A DNA stretch of 64,000 nucleotides from Polyangiales bacterium (GTDB lineage Bacteria; Myxococcota_A; Polyangia; Polyangiales; Houyiibacteriaceae). The notes beneath the pieces were generated by a model. The model saw only the letters and a list, made by a program, of their open reading frames with translations, ran no database searches and had not been told where the DNA came from. Location: positions 50 through 64,049 of the forward strand of contig JBFGKE010000018.1 in the NCBI GenBank assembly GCA_041576815.1. Reading direction: 5' to 3'. Position 1 is the stretch's first letter. Every line of letters starts with the position of its first letter. The translations under genes were made by a program, and so were the position numbers. Of this stretch, positions 34,648-43,743 are shown in pieces.

Positions 34648-37086
34648 ATGACGACGGTCAGTGGGGGGGTCAAAGGACTGGTCGCGCGCGCGCAGCGCGA
34701 GGCACAGCGCCGCGCGCAGAGTCCATCGACGGCGTATCTGGTCCTGGTGATGCTTCAGACCGGCGGACCGATGGGCGGGCTTCTCACCTCGCTCGGCGTG
34801 AAGGAGAGCGATCTGCTGAGCGCGATTCGGGTCGTCGACTCGGAGCCGCCGAGCGCACTCGAGCGCGCGGTCGAGCGTGCCTTCCGGCTGGCCAAGGCGA
34901 CTGGCGCACCGGAAGTACTGCCGGCACATCTTCTGTTGGCGATCGCGCGCGACACCCGGAGCGCGGCCCATCGAAGCCTCGACGTGATCGGCGCAGGGTC
35001 GAGGCGCGTCCAAGAGGCGGTGCACGGCGCGCTTCAACCCGCCGACCCGATGCGGGGCCGCATGACGCCGAAGGCGCCTTCTTCGAGCACGCGTTCGACC
35101 GAGACCCCGACGAAGACCACGCGTCCCTCCGCGCGCAGAAGCCCGGTCGCTGCACCGCTGATCGAGCTTTGCGTGGAGGAGGAAGAGGAGCCGATCCTCG
35201 AGGCGAGCCCCGGGTCGACGTTGCCCCAAGCCCACCCGGAGGTCGACGACGAGCTCATCGTCCCTTCCTCTTCGCCGTTCGGGCTCGACGCGACCAAGTA
35301 CCCCATGCTGGTGAAGCTGGGTCGCAACCTCACCGAGATGGCTTCGCTCGGACGGATCGACGAGGTGATCGGGCGCGACGACGAGATCGAGCGCCTGCTC
35401 GACGTGCTCGCGCGCCGGCGCTCCAACAACCCGATTCTGGTCGGCCCGCCGGGCGTCGGAAAAACCGCGATCGTCGAAGGTCTCGCGCGACGACTGGCGG
35501 CCGGTGGCGCCGGGGTTCGCGGGCTCGAAGGGACGATTCTCGTCGAGCTGTCTGCAGGTGGGCTCGTGTCCGGGACCGGCGTGCGCGGCGCGCTTTCCGA
35601 GCGCATGCGACGGCTTCAGTTCGAAGTGAAGCGAGCCAACGGGAAAATCGTGCTCTTCATCGACGAGGTCCACACACTGTTCACGGGCGGCGATGCACCG
35701 GATGACCTCGCGCACGAGCTGAAGGCCTCACTTGCAAGAGGCGAGCTTCCTTGCATCGGCGCGACCACGGACGTCGAGTACCGAAAGTACGTCGAGCGGG
35801 ACGCCGCGCTCGCACGCCGCTTCTCGCCGATTCACATCGCCGAGCCGAGCGCCGAAGATGCCATCGAAATCCTTCGTGGAATTGCACCGCGATACGAGGT
35901 CCATCACCACATCGCCTATGAGCCCGCGGCCGTCGAGTCTGCGGTCGAGCTGTCGGTTCGTTACATGTCCGAGCAAACGCTTCCGGACAAAGCGATCGGT
36001 GTGCTGGACCTCGCGGGAGCACGTACGCGGCGGCGCGGGGGCGCGATCGTCGACCGAGAAGCCGTGGCGCAGGTCGTCGCCGAAAAGGTGCGCGTGCCGG
36101 TCGAGCGGCTTTTGGTCAGCGACTCGCAAAAGCTCCTCGAGCTCGAGGCGCACCTCGCGGAGCACGTGGTCGGGCACTCGGAGGTGATGACGCGGATCTC
36201 GGATGCGCTTCGCAAAGGCGCCGCTGGCTTTCACGGGCACGGTCCGCTCGCGACGTTTCTGTTCCTCGGCCCCACCGGCGTTGGCAAGACCGAGACCGCC
36301 CGGGCGCTGAACGAGCTGTTTTTCATGGGTTGCGCGATGACCCGCATCGACATGAGCGAGCTCAGCGAGTCGCATTCCGTGGCGAAGCTCGTTGGCGCGC
36401 CACCCGGCTACATCGGCCATGACACCGGCGGCCAGCTCACCGAGGCGATCCGTCACCGTCCCTACCAGCTCCTCTTGCTGGACGAGATCGAAAAGGCACA
36501 CGTCGACGTGCTCCAGTCCTTGCTTCCGCTCCTCGAAGACGGCCGTCTCACCGATGGAAAAGGAAGAACGGTCGACTGCACGCACACCATCGTCGTCATG
36601 ACCTCCAATCTCGGCACGTCACATGCCGGCGGGGGCGGGGGTCCGATCGGCTTTTCCGATGGCTCCGAGAGCCGTCAGACCGAGCTTTCGTCCGCGCTGC
36701 AGGCGGCGCGGCGCGCGCTTCCACCCGAGCTGTGGAATCGAATCGATGAGCCACTGTTCTTCGGCGCGCTGAGCCGCGACGAGGTCCGCGAGATCGCGCG
36801 GCGCATGGTTTCCGCAGTGTCGCTTCAGCTTCGCGAACGGCAGGGTGTCGATCTCCGCGTCGACGAGTCGGCCATCGATTCGCTCGTAGAGCTCGGCGGC
36901 TACGACGCCCAGCTCGGGGCGCGTCCGATGCGGCGCGTGATCGGGCGTATGGTCGAGGCGCCGCTTGCGGCTGCGATCCTCGGCGGCGAAGTCGGTCGCG
37001 GAGACCGCATCGTGGCTCATGGGGACACGCGCGGCGTTCGCTTCGAGACGGTCGAGGGCTCGGGTTCCGTCGAAGCGGCAGAATGA
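34648..37086 (+). CDS. Two-ring AAA+ Clp unfoldase, ClpA-like (Clp_N domain, D1, D2, IGF loop)
   Basis: ATG at 34648 after AGGAACGGAG. D1: GPPGVGKTAIVEGLA and LFIDEVH. D2: GPTGVGKTETA and LLLLDEIEKAH. PIGFS tripeptide loop. No long M-domain between D1 and D2. Confidence 0.85.
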   Translation: MTTVSGGVKGLVARAQREAQRRAQSPSTAYLVLVMLQTGGPMGGLLTSLGVKESDLLSAIRVVDSEPPSALERAVERAFRLAKATGAPEVLPAHLLLAIARDTRSAAHRSLDVIGAGSRRVQEAVHGALQPADPMRGRMTPKAPSSSTRSTETPTKTTRPSARRSPVAAPLIELCVEEEEEPILEASPGSTLPQAHPEVDDELIVPSSSPFGLDATKYPMLVKLGRNLTEMASLGRIDEVIGRDDEIERLLDVLARRRSNNPILVGPPGVGKTAIVEGLARRLAAGGAGVRGLEGTILVELSAGGLVSGTGVRGALSERMRRLQFEVKRANGKIVLFIDEVHTLFTGGDAPDDLAHELKASLARGELPCIGATTDVEYRKYVERDAALARRFSPIHIAEPSAEDAIEILRGIAPRYEVHHHIAYEPAAVESAVELSVRYMSEQTLPDKAIGVLDLAGARTRRRGGAIVDREAVAQVVAEKVRVPVERLLVSDSQKLLELEAHLAEHVVGHSEVMTRISDALRKGAAGFHGHGPLATFLFLGPTGVGKTETARALNELFFMGCAMTRIDMSELSESHSVAKLVGAPPGYIGHDTGGQLTEAIRHRPYQLLLLDEIEKAHVDVLQSLLPLLEDGRLTDGKGRTVDCTHTIVVMTSNLGTSHAGGGGGPIGFSDGSESRQTELSSALQAARRALPPELWNRIDEPLFFGALSRDEVREIARRMVSAVSLQLRERQGVDLRVDESAIDSLVELGGYDAQLGARPMRRVIGRMVEAPLAAAILGGEVGRGDRIVAHGDTRGVRFETVEGSGSVEAAE

Positions 37087-37096
37087 GCGACGACTG

Positions 37097-37891
37097 CTAG
37101 GGCTCGGTCGTGCGAAGGATCGCCTTTGCCTTGGCACTCGATAGGCCGGCCGCGCGCGCACAGCGGACGATCACCGGGACCAATGCGTCATAGGCAGCGA
37201 GCGCATGCGGGTCGGGTCGAAGGGATGCCCGGTGCGCCGAGACGGCGTCGGCCTCGCCGCGCGCGATCGGGCCGGTCAGCGCGTTTGGGACGCCGAGCCG
37301 CGACACGTTCTCCCCTACGCTCTGCAGCAAGCCGCCGATCGCTCGCTCGGCATCGCGCTTGGCAAACCCGAGGCGTTGGAGAATGCCGACCGAGACGAAG
37401 GCCAAGGCGGCTGCCCCGTTCGCGACCAGCGCTGCGGCCGCGTGATAGGTCGCATCACCGGTCTTCGACACGACCGCACGCGCGCCGCACGCACGCGCGA
37501 GTCGACGCCCGGCGGCAACGGCTCGCGGCGATCCGCTCAGCGTAAAGGTCTTGTCGGCGAGGGTTGCGTGGCTTCGGTGGCTCGGAAACGAAACGAGCGG
37601 ATGCATCACGCCCACGTGCGCGCCCTTGGCCCGGCAGGCTTCGAGGATGTCGACGCCGCGTGCACCGGCGCAGTGCAAGACGCAGGTGCCGCGCCTGATG
37701 CTCGGAGCGATGTGCGCAGCAACGGACTCGATCGCGGCATCCGGGACCGCGAAAATGAGGATGTCGGCCGCCCGCACGCGAGATGCAGAAACGCGTCGAC
37801 CGGCCGTTCCGAGCTCGGCTCGTCCGCTCGATGCGAGAGCTTTTTCGAGCGCGTTCCCGACGCGCCCCCGGCCGATGATCAGGACCTTCAC
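37097..37891 (-). CDS. Rossmann-fold / DUF2520-type putative oxidoreductase
   Basis: A GTG at 37891 gives VKVLIIGRGRVGNAL. It overlaps the nadD stop (GTGA). The remainder of ORF 37097..38560 upstream is a shadow over nadD. Confidence 0.6.
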   Translation of the reverse strand: MKVLIIGRGRVGNALEKALASSGRAELGTAGRRVSASRVRAADILIFAVPDAAIESVAAHIAPSIRRGTCVLHCAGARGVDILEACRAKGAHVGVMHPLVSFPSHRSHATLADKTFTLSGSPRAVAAGRRLARACGARAVVSKTGDATYHAAAALVANGAAALAFVSVGILQRLGFAKRDAERAIGGLLQSVGENVSRLGVPNALTGPIARGEADAVSAHRASLRPDPHALAAYDALVPVIVRCARAAGLSSAKAKAILRTTEP

Positions 37892-38451
37892 TCCGTGCCC
37901 TGGTAGAGGTCCTGCGATCGAATGTGCTCGATGACCGCCGCCGGGACCAAACCGGTCACGTCGCTTGCGTTGGCCAAACCCGCGCGAATGTCGGTCGAGT
38001 TGATGTTGGGTATCGAAATCGGACAGCCTTCGGGAACCGGATACCCTTGGCGCCCGATCACGAGGGGCGGTGCGACCCGGGCGACTTCGTCCCACCGGTA
38101 CCACCGATCGGTCGTCGGCAACACGTCCGCGCCGATCAGGAGCCGAAAGACCGCATCGGGATGCTCGGCCTCGAGGGCATCGAGCGTCGTGAGGGTTCGG
38201 CTCACCCCGCCGAGGCGGCGCTCGACGTCCAGAACCTCGACCCCCCGGCACCATGCAAACGCGAGCTTCGACATCGCGATCCGCTCCTCGAACGGCGCAC
38301 CGTGCTCCTTGCCAAACGCGTGTTTCCACGTGGGGATGATCCAAACCTCCTCGACACCGCCTGCAGCGAGGGTCCATGCGACCGAAAGCACGTGCCCCAT
38401 GTGCGGCGGATCGAAGCTTCCACCGTAAATCGCGATCCGTCTGGCGCTCAC
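37888..38451 (-). CDS. nadD: Nicotinate-nucleotide adenylyltransferase
   Basis: IAIYGGSFDPPHMGHV (the (H/T)xGH motif) and ISSTDIR-like NSTDIRAG. GTG start overlapping the upstream stop. Confidence 0.9.
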   Translation of the reverse strand: MSARRIAIYGGSFDPPHMGHVLSVAWTLAAGGVEEVWIIPTWKHAFGKEHGAPFEERIAMSKLAFAWCRGVEVLDVERRLGGVSRTLTTLDALEAEHPDAVFRLLIGADVLPTTDRWYRWDEVARVAPPLVIGRQGYPVPEGCPISIPNINSTDIRAGLANASDVTGLVPAAVIEHIRSQDLYQGTE

Positions 38452-39041
38452 GGTGCCACCATGACCTTGGCGCCGCGTCCTTGGATCGCTTCGCTCCAGC
38501 GGACCTCACCGTTGAGGTCCACGGCCTGTAGCACGACGCCACCCATCTCCGAGCTGTCATCGATGAGCCCGAGGGTTCCGCCGGCCAGCGGCCCCGGGCT
38601 GAAAAAGCATCGAGGCCCGAAGCGCTTGAACATCAGCTCTTTGGCATCACCATAGACGACGACGTTCGAGTTGATCACGTCTTCCTCGCCAATGGTGGAC
38701 TTCTGACGAACGACGAGGACGATGCGGTCGTCGACCATTTCCATGGCGCGCGTCGGCGGCGCGGGCGCCACGCGAAGCTTGCTCAGATAACTCGCCCCCC
38801 GAAGCTTCTTCAGCACTTTTTGGATCGCGTCGGGCGAGCCCGTCGCTGCGATTTCTGCAACCTGCTGCTCGACCGAGCCCTCACCGAGCTCGGACTCGTG
38901 AGATGCGACGAAATCGAAGAGCGCGTCGTCTTCGGACAAGTAGATCACGACGTCCGCTTCGAGCTCGCCCACCAGCAGCTCGATCGCCTGCTGTAGAGCG
39001 ACCGCGTCCTTCTCGGCGGGACCGATGAAACCCAAACGCAT
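38448..39041 (-). CDS. Hypothetical protein, possibly a metallophosphoesterase-fold protein lacking the metal ligands
   Basis: MRLGFIGPAEKD... and ...NVVVYGDAKE...FFSPGPL echo the YfcE/Vps29-type layout (MKIGVISDTHG ... INPGS), but the D-x-H and GD motifs are substituted. This is eye-level inference only. Confidence 0.35.
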   Translation of the reverse strand: MRLGFIGPAEKDAVALQQAIELLVGELEADVVIYLSEDDALFDFVASHESELGEGSVEQQVAEIAATGSPDAIQKVLKKLRGASYLSKLRVAPAPPTRAMEMVDDRIVLVVRQKSTIGEEDVINSNVVVYGDAKELMFKRFGPRCFFSPGPLAGGTLGLIDDSSEMGGVVLQAVDLNGEVRWSEAIQGRGAKVMVAP

Positions 39042-39045
39042 CGCT

Positions 39046-42000
39046 CTAGGGATCTACACCAGCTTGGGTCCTGGCTTCAAAATGTGCGTCGCTCGATGCA
39101 AATCGGACGATCGCCCACGCTTCGGGCGTTTCGCGGATCGCGCCGAGTCGCCCGGCGTCCCGAGCGTCCACGGCTCGGCCAGCGACCTTGAGAAGGGCGC
39201 TCGTGGCCGAAGGGACGTCCCCCGTTAGGGTCAGAGCCACGCGATCTCCGAGCACGGAGATTGCAAGCGGGACAGCGCGCGTCGAGAAGGTAGGGTCTCC
39301 GCGAAGCTCCAGCACCAGGCTCTCGACTTCATCGCGGGACTTGCGCGGAACCGACTTGAGCAGTCTCTTGCGGAGGTCGTCGAGCCGTCGGGTCTCGGCA
39401 TGCTCGAGTCGGCCTGTCTCGTGACCCTGCATCAACGCGAGAAGGGCGGCGTCGAGGTCCTCCGGTCGCCCCCGAAGCGCCGGGGCCAGATGACTGCTCG
39501 CGACCTTGAGCGCGCGTGCAAAAAGGAACGCGCGCTCTCGCGGCGTGGTCATCTCGTGAAGCCTCGCCCCGACGACGATCGTCGGCGGCTCCCCGGTGAT
39601 CGGCATGCACGCTGCGGGTGCGACGGTGGTGACCTTCAGCCTGGGCTCGCTCAGCCCGAGCATTTCCGCGATCGCGCCGGCCTCCTCGACAAGAGTACGA
39701 TGGGCGCCCGAAGGCCTACGCAGCCCCCATGCTGCCGCGTCGAAGGGCAAGGCCTTGTCGAAGGCATGCTCGCATAGGGCAAAGAGGCGGCGGACGGTCC
39801 GTGAAATCTCGCGCGGAGCGACGACGTCGTCGACCGAAGGTGAAAGCGGGATCGCGGGCTCGCCGAGCGCCTCGCCGAGCTCCGTGACTTCGCCTTCGAA
39901 CAAAGACGGGGAGTGGCCGAGAGCGATCGCCGCGCTCGCGGCACATGACGCTGGACCACGACCGTGCCGTCGACCGAGCACACGGACCAACGTGGTCCAC
40001 AACCCTTCGCTGCCGGGAGCCTCGTCGATGGCGGCGCGCAAATCGACGACCGCACGGTTGAGGTGCATGGCCTCCGCTGGCGCGTCTCCTTGCCGGTGAT
40101 GGAAGTCCGCCACCGCGAGGAGCACGTCCGGTTCGGTGGGAAGCTCCGCGCGAAGGCTCTCGAGCATCGCTTCGGCCGCCCGCCGCTCACCGGCCGACTC
40201 GGCGGCGCCGGCCAACCGGATCCTGAAATCGCGCGCTTGCGCTGCATCGACGGCGCGCGGTACGAGCTGGCGCAGGACCTCGGCGGCTTCGCGTGACTTG
40301 CCCTGACGACTCAGTGAAGACGCGAGGTGATCGAGCGTTTCGAGGTGGTTTGGGGAGTGCTTCAAGACCTGTCGGAGCGCAGCCTCCGCACGTGGCAAGT
40401 CGTCGAGGTAGGCATCGTAGACCTCGGCCAACTTGGAGAAGGCCCAGACCTTTTCATCGGTGCTCCGGTCCAAGCGCGCGATCCGAATCAGAGCTTCAGC
40501 CGCACCCTGCCAGTCCTCGGTCGCGCCCCGTGCGTCGACGAGCTCTTTGAGCGCAGCAAAGTGGTGCGGATCCAGCTCGAGGCATTCGTCGAGCGCTCGT
40601 ATGACCCCCGCAGCATCGCCACGTTCGCGTCGCTGGCGTGCCTTGTCGAGGAGAAGCCCGACCAGCGTGGGAGTGTCGGCGCCGGCCTCGATTCGGGCCT
40701 CGGTCAAGGCGGCAAGCGCGTCGTGGTCGTAGCGTCGCCGGTAGAGCGCAGCGAGTCGACGGTACACGTCCTGATACTTGATGTCGGTCTCCGTCGCAGC
40801 GACCCATGCGTCGATCGCCCGGTCGTCGTCTTGCAGCCGCTCCTCGAAGATGCAGGCCGCCTCGCGCCAGAGAGACGCTGCGCGTTGCGCGTTCTTGGCG
40901 CGACTGGCTGCATCGAGATACACCGACGCAGCATCCTCCCAGCTCTCTCCGGCTTGCAGCAGGCGGGCTTGGCCCTCGAGGACCAGCGGATGTGCCCCGG
41001 CCGCCTCGAGCTCGGTCACGGCATCGGTGGGGTCGCCGAGGCGCTCGAGCAGACGCGCCTTGTCCAGCGCCAGCGCGCCTCTCTCGAGGCCTTCGTCGAG
41101 GCTGGATTCGACCGCGATCAGCGCTCGAAGGCCCGCTCGCAGCTCGCCGCTGGCGTAGGCTGCGCCGAGCACCTGCCGTGCGAGGCTCGGGTCGGCTTCG
41201 AGCGCGTCTCCGAGGACCAGCAGGGATCGGTCGATGTCCGTCTGCATGATGTCGGCGTCGCATTTGAGCAACTCCAGCACGAGTCGGTGACGCGCGAGGC
41301 AATCGGCGTCTTTGGTGGCGAGGGCGTCGACCACGCGCCGCGCGCTCGAGCGAATCCTCTCCGTGTCGTTTTCGCGAAGCGCATCCCACTCGAGCGCGCG
41401 TGCGGTCGGTATGTGTGCGGGCCGCATCTCTGCGATCGACTGCAGGGAAAGCCGTGCACTTCGCATGTCCCGCTTCGCCAGCCGGTCCAGCTCCGCCATT
41501 GCGCCGAATGCCGCGAGCCGTCCCGCATCGTCGGATGCGCCACGCGCACTCCGCATCAGGGAGTCCGCCAACCGTGCGAACTCCGACGCCGCGAGCTCGG
41601 CGGCCTTCCGCTCGACCTCGATCGATACGTCGCCGGGGGATTTGGCACTCGCCTCCCGAAGGAGCCTAGACGCCCGGTCGTGAAGCCCCGCCTCCCGGTA
41701 GCAGGCCGCTGCGCGCCTCGTTTGGCCGATGGGGTCCGCCGGCTGCGCCACGCCGGCCATCAGATCGCCGGCTTCCTCGGGGACGACCCGGGCAAGCTCG
41801 AACAGATGTTCGACGAGGAGCGAATCCGGTGCCTCGCGATCGAGCGCTTCCGCCGCGTGCAGGCGTCGATCGTGGGCCGAGGATGCCCAAATCGATGCAC
41901 GAATCGAGCACGCCGTCCCGTCGATCGGGGAGAGGCGGCCCTGGGCCGCCGCGCTGTTCGCCCGAGCGTCCGCCGAACCGAAGTCGTCCTCGAGCGCCCA

Positions 42001-43743
42001 GAGCGCGGGCCAGTAGTCCGGCACGCGATCGAGGGCCGCTGCGCAGGCATCTGCGGCGGTCTCGGTTGCCCGCGCGAGGCGCGCGCCCATCGTGAATGCA
42101 AACGCACTTCGGTCGCCGCTCGTTGCCTCTCCCTCGCGGATCCAGCGCTGCGAATTGCGCTCGGGGTCGTCATCCTCGAGAACGACGACTCGCGACACGA
42201 AGAGGTCCTGGGGCATGCGTTGCTCGATTTCGAAGAAGGCCTCCCGCCGCTCGGTGATGGCGGCGAGTGCGTCGATCTCGGCGAGCGCGAGCCCTGCGCC
42301 TGCGGCAAGCTCTGCAGGCGCGCGGTCGAGCTCGCGTTTGAGCGCGCTCGCGAACGTTGCACCGTCGCCTTCTCGGGCGGCTTCGTCCGCACGCACCATG
42401 TCGGACGCGGAACCAGACGCTTGGTTCGACATCGCTTGAAGAAGGCGGCGCACGTCGCTTCCCTCCTCGACCTCTTCGAAGCCAAAGCGAGCGGCTGCCT
42501 GCAGATAGCCGTCCAGGCGCGGCTCGACGCGTGCATCGCGCGAAGCTTGATGAAACGCCTCGGCATCGCCGCTTTCGGCGTGAAGCCGAGCGCGCCTTGC
42601 CGCACTGAGCGCTTTTGCCTGCGGTGTGAAGCCTGCCTCCGCGGTGCGCAGCGCACGGTTGGCAGTGTCGGGGTCGCCGGCAAACGCGGCGACCTCCGCG
42701 AGCGTCCAGAGCGATGCCGCATCGTCCGCTTCGCCGAGCTCCGAAATCGACACGGCACGCTGACCCGGATCGATCACCCCGACGATTGCCCGGCGAAGCG
42801 CGCTGGCCACCGGCGTCGGCGCGTGCTCGGCTGCGGCTCGGAGCGCGTCGACGGCGGCTTCCGGTCGATCGAGCCCACGTGCCACGCGAATTGCACCGAG
42901 GTGCGCAGCAAGAAGATCGGGCTGAAGCTCGAGCGCCCGGGCATAGGCGGGCTGTGCCGCCTCGAGCGCGCCAATTTCTTCGAAGATCGATGCTGCGTGC
43001 AACAGGATCACCGCCTGGCCATCATCGTCGGGCCATCGCTCGGCTGCGGCGATCAGGGCTTCAGCCGCGCGGGCGGCATCCCCGCGAGCCATTCGTGCTG
43101 ACGCGATCAGCATTCGTGGAGCGAAACCCTCCTCGCGAAGCGTGGCGGCATGGGTCGCCGCCTGCTCGGCCGCCGCGGGATCGGCTAGCTTCGTCAAATG
43201 AAGGCTGGCCAAGAGCTCCAGCGCGGACGCACGTTCGGCCGCCCCGAGGTCGAGAGCTGCTTCACGCTCGAGCGTCTCGGCGGCCGCTTTCCAACCCTCG
43301 CGCTGCATCGCGAGCCTTCGCAGCGCCCGAAGCACCACGACGTCGCGCGCGTCTGCATGGAGCGCCCGTCCGTAGCACGAGAGCGCCGACTTGGTGTCCC
43401 CAAGCTGCTCGTGAAGCTCGGCTGCCGAGGTCAGGAGGCGCGAGCGCGCAGAGCCCACCGACTGCTCTGCAAGGGCTTCCAAGAGCGCGATGCGTCGTTT
43501 CTTGGTCGCGTTGTCGTCGCCGACGAGCGGCAGCCTCTCCTGTCGTGACGTGTGTTGGAAGACGGTTCGCTGTGCCGCCTGTGCGCCGGTATCCGAAGGG
43601 TCGGGGGGGCGGCTGACTCTCTTCTTCTGTGCGCCGGTTTGCTTCTCGAGGAACGTATCGAGTAGTGAAGCGATCGCTTCGTCGTCAAAGTCGAACGAAA
43701 TCGGCTGCGACTCGCGGTCTGCTCGTACTCCGTCTTCAGACAT
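39046..43743 (-). CDS. Giant TPR/helical-repeat protein B (about 1565 aa) with a non-TPR C-terminal domain
   Basis: ORF 39046..43770. The ATG at 43743 is preceded by GGAGG and overlaps the upstream stop by 8 nt. Ala/Leu/Arg/Asp-rich repeats (ALELQPDLLAAH, CLELDPHHFAAL, VLKHSPNHLETL). Confidence 0.7.
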   Translation of the reverse strand: MSEDGVRADRESQPISFDFDDEAIASLLDTFLEKQTGAQKKRVSRPPDPSDTGAQAAQRTVFQHTSRQERLPLVGDDNATKKRRIALLEALAEQSVGSARSRLLTSAAELHEQLGDTKSALSCYGRALHADARDVVVLRALRRLAMQREGWKAAAETLEREAALDLGAAERASALELLASLHLTKLADPAAAEQAATHAATLREEGFAPRMLIASARMARGDAARAAEALIAAAERWPDDDGQAVILLHAASIFEEIGALEAAQPAYARALELQPDLLAAHLGAIRVARGLDRPEAAVDALRAAAEHAPTPVASALRRAIVGVIDPGQRAVSISELGEADDAASLWTLAEVAAFAGDPDTANRALRTAEAGFTPQAKALSAARRARLHAESGDAEAFHQASRDARVEPRLDGYLQAAARFGFEEVEEGSDVRRLLQAMSNQASGSASDMVRADEAAREGDGATFASALKRELDRAPAELAAGAGLALAEIDALAAITERREAFFEIEQRMPQDLFVSRVVVLEDDDPERNSQRWIREGEATSGDRSAFAFTMGARLARATETAADACAAALDRVPDYWPALWALEDDFGSADARANSAAAQGRLSPIDGTACSIRASIWASSAHDRRLHAAEALDREAPDSLLVEHLFELARVVPEEAGDLMAGVAQPADPIGQTRRAAACYREAGLHDRASRLLREASAKSPGDVSIEVERKAAELAASEFARLADSLMRSARGASDDAGRLAAFGAMAELDRLAKRDMRSARLSLQSIAEMRPAHIPTARALEWDALRENDTERIRSSARRVVDALATKDADCLARHRLVLELLKCDADIMQTDIDRSLLVLGDALEADPSLARQVLGAAYASGELRAGLRALIAVESSLDEGLERGALALDKARLLERLGDPTDAVTELEAAGAHPLVLEGQARLLQAGESWEDAASVYLDAASRAKNAQRAASLWREAACIFEERLQDDDRAIDAWVAATETDIKYQDVYRRLAALYRRRYDHDALAALTEARIEAGADTPTLVGLLLDKARQRRERGDAAGVIRALDECLELDPHHFAALKELVDARGATEDWQGAAEALIRIARLDRSTDEKVWAFSKLAEVYDAYLDDLPRAEAALRQVLKHSPNHLETLDHLASSLSRQGKSREAAEVLRQLVPRAVDAAQARDFRIRLAGAAESAGERRAAEAMLESLRAELPTEPDVLLAVADFHHRQGDAPAEAMHLNRAVVDLRAAIDEAPGSEGLWTTLVRVLGRRHGRGPASCAASAAIALGHSPSLFEGEVTELGEALGEPAIPLSPSVDDVVAPREISRTVRRLFALCEHAFDKALPFDAAAWGLRRPSGAHRTLVEEAGAIAEMLGLSEPRLKVTTVAPAACMPITGEPPTIVVGARLHEMTTPRERAFLFARALKVASSHLAPALRGRPEDLDAALLALMQGHETGRLEHAETRRLDDLRKRLLKSVPRKSRDEVESLVLELRGDPTFSTRAVPLAISVLGDRVALTLTGDVPSATSALLKVAGRAVDARDAGRLGAIRETPEAWAIVRFASSDAHFEARTQAGVDP

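Noticed and set aside
40327-43101. 924-aa + strand ORF, and several others of 100-450 aa, opposite the giant TPR genes
   Set aside because: These are antisense to a coherent repeat protein, have no recognisable motifs, and show the Arg/Gly/Pro-rich composition characteristic of shadow ORFs.
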